This document shows positions 1-9,476 of a stretch of DNA of 64,000 nucleotides, in pieces. Each line of letters begins with the position of its first letter. Positions within the stretch are counted from its first letter, which is position 1. The translations under genes were made by a program, and so were the position numbers. The notes beneath the pieces were generated by a model. That model was not told where the DNA came from. It searched no databases and was given only the letters and a program-made list of their open reading frames with translations. Source of the stretch: Amphiscolops sp. MND2022 (lineage: Eukaryota); the NCBI GenBank assembly GCA_964187785.1, contig OZ076417.1, positions 16,678,001 to 16,742,000 of the forward strand, given 5' to 3'.

Positions 1-130
1 TCTTCCGAAATGGTCACGAATTGGAAGCCAGAGTTGCAGGAGCAATTGTACCCTTGATTCACTTCATTCACACACACTCCGGCATTGAGCCCATTACAAG
101 CACCGTCCGCAACTGAACATTCATCCACGT
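1..130 (-). CDS. Host-gene exon encoding a calcium-binding EGF-like domain (runs off the window edge)
   Basis: Not in the ORF track. Minus strand reads ttcatacttcAG|AC GTG GAT GAA TGT... = (D)VDECSVADGACNGLNAGVCVNEVNQGYNCSCNSGFQFVTISE. This fits the cbEGF pattern D-x-D-E-C...C...C-x-N...Y-x-C-x-C-x-x-G-F, with a phase-1 acceptor typical of EGF exons. Confidence 0.85.
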
Positions 131-462
131 CTGAAGTATGAAACAATTGTTAAATGGATTGGACTCTAAGCAATAAACATCTGTAGCTAACGCTCTTAGG
201 CAGAAGTTATCTGAACAATTCTAAAATGATATACAAAAGAAACACTTATTGACAAAAATTTGAAAATTCTTCCGAATTTAATTCCAAAAATTCAGTGAAA
301 AAACGTTTTGCGCGCTCAATGAACTCCAAAGTAAGATCTAGCCATCCGAAAAATTAAGCGACAAGCAGAAAACAGGAAAACAGCCGTATCTGATAGGTAG
401 CAGAATTATTAATTTTTGAAAAGCGCTTAACCACTGCATTGAACAACGTCAGTTAAAGAGTA

Positions 463-2301
463 TTTACAGCAACATAAGGACAATATTACATGAGAAAACA
501 GTCACCAACTTTTTTTTGGTATTTCAAGCACAAACAACTCCTCAATATACTACCTGCTTGTTCCAGTTGTTCTTTCAACTCGGTGCAAAGGGTCTTGTTT
601 GCAGTGAAAACGAGACAGTCTTTGGGGAAAAGAAGTTGCAAAGCATCTGTCTTGCTAGCTTGCAAGTGAGAGCCACAAAAACCACTTGCAAGACAATGCA
701 CAACACTCTCAGCTGCAAGTTGCCCCGAAAAGTTACACAAAAAATGTCCAAATTGATTTGAAAACAGCCAAGACGGTTTATAAGAAAACTTGTTTGTATA
801 ACGAGACATTTGAAGGCCGACATGATATGGAAACCCTCCATGTCGGTCTTCGTCAAAAACAGTGCCTGTACTTGTGATGACACGTCAGCACGCTTTGTTG
901 CGCTCCAGCATTGATTACACAAGGAGTGTCTGACGGTGGCAGATTGCGTTCAGTTTTTTGGACGTTATTTAGTATCAAAGCTTTGAAAGTCATTTCTTTG
1001 GACATTTTTCACCGTCACCGTCTGAAACGTGTTGTTCGATGCATGCGTCATCAGAAGGTTCTACTGTCTGTATTTCTGATATTTGCGCTGCATGCTGCGA
1101 CGTCACCAAAATGCATGGAAAGTCTGTGGCAGAAAAGAAGTGATAATTCTCATAAACCATTGATGTTTTTGCCTGAATCTTTCCAGACTGTTTTGTTACG
1201 ACTTGTGTTCGTGTCGATATTTTGAGAATAATTGGTTCTGACTGATCTGGAAGGTGCATAGGAGATTCACTCTGGTGGGCTAGTTTAATTTCTTTGCTTT
1301 CACTTACCCCAGACTCAGGTTTCAGCTTTTTCAACAGTTCTTTTTGCAATTCGAATAGTAACCTTTTTATTTCAGACGCCTTAACCTTTACAGCAACATA
1401 AGGAAAATATTACATGAGAAAACAGTCACCAACTTTTTTTGATATTTCAAGCACAAACAACTCCTCAATATCTTACCTGCTTGTTCCAGTTGATCTTTCA
1501 ACTCGATGCAAAAGGTCTTGTTTGCAGTGAAAACGAGACAGTCTTTGGGCAAAACACGTTTCATAGCATCTGTCTTGTTAGCTTGCAAGTGAGAGCCACA
1601 AAAACCACTTGCAGGACAATGCACAACACTCTCAGCTGCAAGTTGCCCCAAAAAGTTACACAAAAAATGTCCAAATTGATTTAAAATCAACCAAGACGGT
1701 TTATAAGAAAAATTGTTTGTAGAACGAGACATTTGAAGGCCGACATGATATGGAAACCCTCCATGTCGGTCTTCGTCAAAAACAGTGCCTGTACTTGTGT
1801 TGACACGTCAGCACGCTTTGTTGCGCTCCAGCATTGATTACACAAGGGGTGTCTGACGATGGCAGATTGCGTTTAGTTTTTTGGACGTTATTTAGTATCA
1901 AAGCTTTGAAAGTCATTTCTTTGGACATTTTTCACCGTCACCGTCTGAAACGTGTTGTTCGATGCATGCATCAACAGAAGGTTCTACTGTCTGTATTTCT
2001 GATATTTGCGCTGCCTGCTGCGACGTCACCAAAATGCATGGAAAGTCTGTGGAAGAAAAGAAAAGATAATTCTCATAAACCATTGAGTTTTTTTGCCTGA
2101 ATCTTATTGGATTGTTTTGTTACGACTTGTTTGAGAATAATTGGTTCTGACTAATCTGGAAGGTGCATAGGAGTTTCTAGATTCACTCTGGTGGGCTAGT
2201 TTAATTTCTTTGATTTCACTTACCCCAGACTCAGGTTTCAGCTTTTTCAACAGTTGTTTTTGCAATTCGAATAGTAATGTTTTTATTCCAGACGCCTTAA
2301 C
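463..2301. repeat. Tandem duplication, two copies of a ~920-bp unit (463-1386 and 1387-2301)
   Basis: tttacagcaacataagga recurs at 463 and 1387 (period 924). Both units end ...cagacgccttaac. Paired ORF-track entries (486/1388, 516/1439, 911/1834) are near-identical. Roughly 90% identity by eye with small indels. Confidence 0.95.
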
Positions 2302-2558
2302 ATTTCCAGGATGTTATTTCCATTTCTGGGCGATCTGCCACTGAATGGGCCCGCTAGCACGACGTCCTGTTCGTCTAGGTTTACATATTCTATCAAAGTT
2401 GGGAGAACTATACTCTCACTTACACTTTCAATGTTCTCCTGTTTAGCTTCTTGTAGACACTTTGAAGAAAGACTCGTTTTGAATTGTTTTGTTCAAGAAT
2501 TGGAGTTTAGAAAGATATAATACAAAGGTGTTATTGACACGGTAATGGAAACTGAGGT

Positions 2559-2946
2559 TGTTACGAATGCTAACGGGGGAATTTACGTTCCCGAAACGTA
2601 CAGTTTTAGTAGGAGTTAGCGTTACACTGGTAGGAGTTTCTATTATTTCGTCACTGTTACTAGGTCTGTTTTCCAAACTTGAGGACCTTATTGCTAATAT
2701 GAGTTCTCTTTGTGATTGTTCTAGAAGGGTTTTTACTTCTTCAGTTATTTCCTTTCTCAGAGAAGTTTTTAGGTTTTCAAGAGATTGGTCTACCTGAGGA
2801 GTTAGTCCGTTAGTCGAAGTGCTAGGTTCTGAACTTACGTCTTCTCCTACGACGACACTGCTGACCCTCAAAAGATTCTCCTGCTGGTTGTCTTCGGTTT
2901 CTTCTACGCTCACTCCTGCTTTCCTTTTCTGGCTTCTTGTTGACAT
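2559..2946 (-). pseudogene. Copy of the gag N-terminus (129 codons) carried in the 3' LTR, reading out into flanking DNA (ORF track 2443-2946)
   Basis: MSTRSQKRKAG...SPVSIRN is identical to the start of 14284-15723, then diverges at the LTR boundary. Confidence 0.92.
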
Positions 2947-3873
2947 CTTGACTTTGAGATTGTAGTTTCAGAGAATTTATTTCAGAACTTGAAATTTAAC
3001 AGAACGTCATAAACAAGTGAGAGCAATATCCAAGATTTAAAAAACTCAAAGCCACTCCAGTCTATATATACCTTCCCCTATGTCACGTGACCACGCTAGC
3101 GTCACAAAGCTGTCGAAAAAATACCCACTACATCCGGTAAAATCACAATTATATCACGTCCGGCGTTCCTGACTCGAGCTTATTTTCAATGAAATCATAC
3201 TACTTGTGAACAAGGTTTGAACATAATTTCCGAATAAGGTGAGGTAGAATCTCCAACAAAGGAATGTCTCAGATGCAAATCACGACAGACCGGAAATGGA
3301 AGCGTTCCTAAAGTCATTTTTATCGAAACAACCCAACTTTGACTTCGTAAAGGCGGGAAAAAATCTCGATAAGTAGGAAGTGGTCACAAAATTTTCGCGG
3401 GAAAATAGAAACAAAAAATCGAGACGAATACGAGTCAAGAGACGCGGGAAATGACTCACACATAAGTGTGATAAATTTGGGGAAAGTACAAATATTCTGA
3501 GATTTATGGTTTTCCTCAAATACTACATTTTAGAGAAACATGAAATGAATTTTCATTTACAATAAGTCATTAAATGAGAAATCAAACAACAATATGTATA
3601 TATATATATATATGCACACATGAATGTCACGTTAGGACCCTAGTATAATGAACGTTAATTAATCGTTAATATCTGTTAACCAACATTATATGTAAACCGC
3701 ATTCACTGATTACTATTTTATAGCAGTTCCAACAGATCAATCATATTTATTCATCAACAAATATTGGATGTGGCATGGTTTTCCGTAATTTGAAACACTT
3801 GGGAAGCTCTCTTATTTCACAATGCCCTAAGGAAGTATCTTTCATTAATTGATCTTGTTATTCATATTAAGCA

Positions 3874-4225
3874 TGACGTAAGGTCGTCGTATGCGTGAGC
3901 CTAAAATTCGATTGTAATGTGACGTAAACTTGACGTAGACTTGAATTTTCTTTTAGTCAAAACGTGGCGTGGTAATTACGCTGGTTTTTACTCTAGTATA
4001 ATCTTAACAACTAGTTCAATATTGACAATAGCATTGTTTGGTCACAAGCATTGTGTGACGTAGCTTTGACGTAGACTCTTTCCTTTCATTCCGATTAGCC
4101 GTGACGTTTTATTGACGTAATTCATTCTTTCATGCGAGCGGTGCTAAATATTAATCTAGCGTAAACAAACGCTAGCGTGGTTATTGCGTTAAACTAATTT
4201 CTTAGCTGACTATTATTGACGTTAG
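3874..4225. promoter_or_regulatory. Cluster of TGACGT (CRE/ATF half-site) motifs in the element 1 LTR (also ~16640-16990); TATA-like TATATA on minus at ~3062-3069
   Basis: At least 8 TGACGT motifs in ~350 bp, including a duplicated module tgtgacgta-x-ttgacgtagac. The TATA-like element lies ~120 bp upstream of the gag ATG. Function is inferred. Confidence 0.5.
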
Positions 4226-4499
4226 ACATGCGGCAACGCGAGCGGTGTGACTGCACTTTACTTGGAGTGTGCACATAGTAATTGTTTTGGGGTAAACTGG
4301 TACGCATAAGTTTTATTTGTGACGCTTATAATTTCGTTTACAATAGCAGTTTGACAGCATGTTGGTTTTAGTTTTTCCTTGAATCGTTAATTTAAGATTA
4401 TGTTTAAGAGATATTCCCAAGTTGCTTCATATTATCGTTTTAGTTCTTTTAATTTTCGTTTAGTTTTCGTTTAGTTTGTTCAGTTTAGTTTTGAGTTGA

Positions 4500-5213
4500 T
4501 CAATTCCAACAGTACTTAGCTTTCATCAGGCATCCGTGTCCTCTTCCGAATTGTATTCGTCGACAAGAACAAGCCAGTCCGGGAGCGGACTGTGACAGGG
4601 GCACTGTCATGGGTCTGACGTACCTTGATTGGGTGGCGCAGGAAGGAGAGCTGCTTTTCCAGACCTGTGGGGCAAATCTGTTTGTTATTATCTCTTTGGA
4701 TTGTTCCGGGTCGATTCGTCTTGGGTAAGTTAAGTCGTTCAATGAGTTGTTTTCTTTCAAAACCACCCGACGTAATGGTCCCGGAGGAGTGATAAAGAGT
4801 TCTGCTGGTTCTGAATTTTCCTTGTTTTTTTCTAGTAAGTCCTGAGTGTCTAGCACGCTCTCATCTTCTTCATAGTAATCTGAAGACGACGGTTCCTGCC
4901 CTTGAACTATAAATCCTGATTGGCTTGACGGGCTGGCCGGGTTAGATGGAAGGAAATCTTTGTTGGATAATAACGAAATGAGGCTGGTCTCCTCACAGTC
5001 AAGTTTCATCCTTTTGCAGTTTTCTTGAACTATTTCCATTGATGAGTCCAATTCAGAGCCTTCGCTGACTGTTACGTCTAATGAAGAGATTGAAGGGTTG
5101 TATAGCTCTCTTCTTCTCGTTGTATTCACTTTCAGTGGTTGAGAGGATTCGTCTTTTGTTTCTTTCTCAGATTTGCTTGGTGAGACTAGGTCGATCAGTT
5201 CGACGACTTCCAT
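4500..5213 (-). CDS. Orphan 237-aa ORF of element 1, sense to gag-pol, Ser/Glu-rich, running ~97 bp into the 3' LTR
   Basis: Intact ATG-initiated ORF, low complexity and likely disordered, no recognisable domain. Confidence 0.55.
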   Translation of the reverse strand: MEVVELIDLVSPSKSEKETKDESSQPLKVNTTRRRELYNPSISSLDVTVSEGSELDSSMEIVQENCKRMKLDCEETSLISLLSNKDFLPSNPASPSSQSGFIVQGQEPSSSDYYEEDESVLDTQDLLEKNKENSEPAELFITPPGPLRRVVLKENNSLNDLTYPRRIDPEQSKEIITNRFAPQVWKSSSPSCATQSRYVRPMTVPLSQSAPGLACSCRRIQFGRGHGCLMKAKYCWN

Positions 5214-5434
5214 GCTTGAGGATTGTTTCAGTACTGCTAACTGTTTTTTAAATTCCGCTTAATAGGAATGATTTCCTTATCAATTTTCTTGATTTCCTTG
5301 ATTTATAAATTTTCTTTCATTTTGATTGGCTGTTCAGATTTCAAAGCAGATGTTAATCTTTCATCGCGTATTGGTTTAACATCCTTTTGACGAAAACATG
5401 ACGTAGATGCTTCTTTTTTAGATTTGTTGCTTTG
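5214..5434. promoter_or_regulatory. Putative internal bidirectional promoter
   Basis: Lies between head-to-head ATGs (5213 minus, 5435 plus). Palindromic ATTTATAAAT at 5301-5310 gives TATAAA on both strands. ATTGG (CCAAT) at 5325 and 5370, TGACGT at 5399. Confidence 0.45.
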
Positions 5435-8400
5435 ATGACTGAAAAACAATCTGCCTCATTTGTGCCTACGTCACAAGGTTTAGCTAGTGGAGAAGAGACG
5501 CAGTATGGTTTTTCAGAAGGCGATATAATAGTTAGCGAAATTGAGGAGCCTGCTGTTTCTGTATGTCCTGGTTAGTAAAACTTGAAGTCCATCTAGCCCA
5601 ATAACATCGTATTTTCGTCGATTGATCAGATCGCTAATCATACGTGTGGACTAGGTAAATAGCGCTTTCTTACTTCTTTCTTTCCAGGCCCTACTGTGGT
5701 CTCAGACGCTACCCAGCTTTCTCCCTTTGGCACTCCCTTAGGAACTACCTTGTCAAAGACTGTGCAAAAAGAACCTCCTCGGATTCGCGAGGAAATATCC
5801 CACCCTGGAGATTCTGACTTTCGTCACGAAACTGATAAAGAGACAGGTACTAGAGGCCAGGAGAAGGGCGTGACCACCAATGAGGATAGCGAGGAAGATA
5901 CTAGTCAGGACATACTTAGTTGCAAGCCTCAGACTTCAAAAGGAAAATGCAAACGCGGTTAGTATTTTAGTAATATATATGTGGTGTAGCTTACCTCTGC
6001 CATCGAAGTGTGTTCGGAATCGTTGGGTTTGTTTTTTTCCTTTTAGGTTTGTCCGAGTTTTTGTCGTCAAGTTCGGACGAAGAGAGTGTTGGTGATGACG
6101 TTCCGAACAGCCTTGATAAGCCTTTACTTTCGTCGATTGGAATTAGGACGCCTTCGCCTCTGGTGCGGCGGACGTCAAGGTCAACGTCTGCATCTGAGGA
6201 AGTTCTTCGAAAACGTTTTGATAGTTTATTGGGGTACTGTGTACTTTCTTGAATAAGAGGGCATTTCTTTCATGTCGTCTTTGTAGTGCCTGAAGATAGT
6301 GATTTCCTTGGTGGTACCCCTGTGAAGATGACGTCTGCGCAAGTGGTGAGTCTCGGGCGGCACATAGCGTCGGAAGTAGAGTCGTCTGCGGTGGATCCCA
6401 TTATTTCTAGTTAGTGTTTTCTTGAGTTTCTGTTTGAGGTTCACTTGGTTTTATTTTCTTTGGTATGACAGTATGTGTATCGAGGGTTGTTCTGTTATAG
6501 GTTTTGCTGAGTTTGCTAACAAGATTGGCGATTCTCTGGAGAATTTGGGAGTAAGCCCTAGAAAGAAGAAGAAGTACAGTTCTCGCAATCATCTTCGCAA
6601 GGACATGGTTGCCGGAGATGAGATTTTGAGCGAGTTTGTGTCTGGGTCAAAGAATGGGTTGACTACCTATTTCTTCTGCACTATGTGTGAACGCGACGTG
6701 TCGATGATAAGTCGTGGAGCGAGTGAGCTGGTTCGACATTTTACTTCAGAACGTCACTGGGAACGCGACGTGACGTATCGCGTCCATAAAGGGATGCCAG
6801 TGTTCAACCAGTTGCGCCAGCTGAAAACCTTGACTGACGAGGAGCTGAGTCAGTATCGCAGTCGACCTCTCAAAGAGAAAGCTGTGGGGTACCTTTTCCC
6901 CGAGGATAGACTTCCCAAACACAGTGAGATCCGTTCTCGAGTGCCGTTGTTGACGATGGTTAGCTGTTTGACGGAGGTCTTGCGCGGTGGTGGTAGTTAC
7001 ACCATGCTTCGTCGTTTGTGGGGCTTCTTTTGCGCCTCACTAGCTGAGAGTGATCCCTTGTACCGCGTGACGTGGAGTAAGCCAGAGACTCTGGTTAGTA
7101 TTGGAATTTGATTTTGTTTTCTTTGGCACAAGAGCAATTTAGTTATTTGTGTTTTTTTTGTAGTTTGGGTTTTTTTGTAGGCGCTGATTTGTGATGCTCT
7201 GTACCCGCGTGTGTTACGTTTTGTCTTCGGAGCAGTTAATCGTTTCAAAAGTTACAGTCTTGAGTTTAAAGAGCGGAGTGAGGGACTCTTTTGTTACGTT
7301 CGTACTTGGGATGGGGTGCGAATGAAGCGAGTATGTGTCCTGGTGGAGGCTCCTGATGTTCGATTGCCTCACTCTGAATTGCTGTGTTTGAGTCGTGTGA
7401 AGAGCAGTGTCAGCGGATCTCCATACCCTGTTGCGCTTGTTGGTGGGTCTTCGTCAGTTGTAAATTGTTTGAACGCAGTCCATGACGATGGTATGACCTT
7501 TGTGCCTTATCGCGCTTTCACTCACAGTGTTTTCTTAAAGTGTATACAGCAGGCACACCAAGATGTATTCGGTATGCTTGATATTGTTACCATTATTGAT
7601 TACTTGATGGTCCGTTTACGTACTGCTTTGTATGAGGAGTGGATTGATGGACATGTTACGTTGAAGCGTTGTGTTCGAGCTGGACAGGTGTCATTTGAAG
7701 ATCTGCGAGGAGTTATCGATGACATACGTTCACTGTGGCAACCCATTCAGCAGTTCGTTCGCTATACTGGACCTGCCCATCTCAAGGAAAGGCGGGATGA
7801 TGTAAGTAATCTCGTTGACGTACTTGTAACGTTTAGAGAGTGGCGGGGGTATTGTTTGGACGAATATATATTTCACTGATAGTGTCGTTTTGTTTTTTAG
7901 ACGCGGGGTACTGATTGGCTGATTTTTGCTGACAAGCTGATCCCCTTAAGACTCGGGCTTTTGCAGCTAGTTCTTGAGTCTTGTAAGTATGTTTCTGAGA
8001 CTGCTTGATTGTTTTTGTCTGATTGATTTGATGTTTCGTTTGGCTGTTCTATACTCGTTGATGGATCTTCTTTGGTGTTATTTTGGTATTACGGGAGATG
8101 TTGTTTTAGTCCGCGTGAGTTTCAAGAAGATGGCACAGCGTCGTGATGACTACGGGTTCCACTGCTACAGTGAGCTGTGTCACTTTGTGTATTGTTTGTT
8201 AAGCAAGACTCGGGCTGTTGGCTGCTTGCCTAGTATCCATCAATGGGATGCTTATATGAGTGTTGAGCCTGTGAAGAAAATGGTAGCTATTCCTGATGAT
8301 CTGTTCTTGGTAAACCATCCCTTTGGAGAGGAACTGTCGCAGGCCAAAATGAGTGGTGCCAGAGAGTTTCGTCAAGACTGCCGCAAATTTATGGATCAGC

Positions 8401-9392
8401 TTGTGGAGAAGATTCATAAGACAGTGTATTGTTCGTCGCCGGTCTCTCAAGGGCTTTATGCGTTTTGTCCAGAGTTGCTGTTTGAGGGGGATGACGTCAT
8501 TGTTTTCGACCTTTTTGCGAAGCTAGTTACTGGACTTGCCCGATGTGGTCTGCTGAGTGTTGACGAGGTTGCGACGAGCAAGGCTGAATTTTTGTCATAT
8601 GTTTTAGAAGCTCGACGACATCATTCAGAGAGTGGAGTTTCTGTTGGAGACATTAAAGATGTACGTGTGTATTTGCTGCGTCAGTATTCGTTTCAGTCAC
8701 GTCATTGTTTGACTAGAGTATTCCAGCTGTGTTGTTTGTTCATTGAATTACCTGATGAAGTTCCCGCTCCTATAGAGTTTGATTTCGGCGAGTGTTCAGT
8801 TCGTCCTGGAGTGTTGACCTCGTGTTTGCGTAGTGTCCAGTCTTTCGTCTCTTGTGCAGGTTACGAGCAGTCGACGTTTTTCACTGAAACTACTATGGAC
8901 CATGTGCGACGTTCCCTTGACGCAGCTGAGACATTTATGTCTAATGTGTCATTCAATCCTTGGGGTGACATTTGTGTTGGAGACAAGTCTGCTTTATTTG
9001 TGTCCTTGAATTCGGCTTATAGTACGTATCTGCAGGGGCGAGTGGAATCTGCTGAGTCGCATTATAAGACAGCTAATGTGACAAATCGTCAAGTTTTTGT
9101 TGCTACTCCAGTTGTTGAGGATACTACATTGCGTGCTTCGTCTGTGGAAAAGCCTGTGAGTACTGCCAGTTCGTCTAAAGTGAAGGATGATGGAGGAGCT
9201 CTGGTGCAGTCTATATTTGGTGGTAGTGCAAGTGGGTCCCAGCGAGGGGGTTCATTGAGTCGTCGCAGTAGTCGAGGTCAATCACGGAAGGTGGTATCAA
9301 AGTCACAAAAGTCGCAGAAGAGGTCTACTAAGTCGACTAAGGTGAAGAATGTTGGAATGAATAAACTTCTCGTTCGTGTTTGTGTTAATTGA
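5435..9392 (+). CDS. Antisense multi-exon gene inside element 1: zinc-finger, hAT-transposase-like protein (~1100 aa), probably catalytically inactive; one in-frame TAA at 5528-5530
   Basis: Exons 5435-5570, 5688-5957, 6047-~6230 (donor uncertain), 6287-6409, 6501-7093, 7181-7801, 7901-7982, 8110-9392. Introns have GTTAGT/GTAAGT donors, T-rich tracts and AG acceptors, and phases match at every checked junction. Zinc finger CTMC-x16-H-x5-H. Confidence 0.82.
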
Positions 9393-9476
9393 TGTTAGTT
9401 ATTTATACTCTGGTTTTTGGTATGGAATCAATTAAACATAGTCAAGTTGGTTCAGCTTGGACTCTTGAATTATATT

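Larger units (their letters stand above)
2559..4597 (-). repeat. Element 1 3' LTR (2039 bp)
   Basis: Near-identical to 15336-17346 (about 98-99% by eye). Differences include (TA)n length and a 17-nt indel. Similarity ends exactly at tgtgaca (4597) and tgttacg (2559). Confidence 0.97.

Noticed and set aside
486-2100. Short ORFs in the tandem repeat as real genes
   Set aside because: Overlapping on both strands, many with non-ATG starts, no domains, and stops differ between copies.
2302-2445. Acidic minus-strand reading frame CLQEAKQENIESVSESIVLPTLIEYVNLDEQDVVLAGPF as a host exon
   Set aside because: Protein-like, but no convincing donor, no recognisable domain, and truncated by the tandem repeat.
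3597-3613. (TA)n microsatellite differing between element 1 LTRs
   Set aside because: Routine slippage; useful only as an LTR difference.
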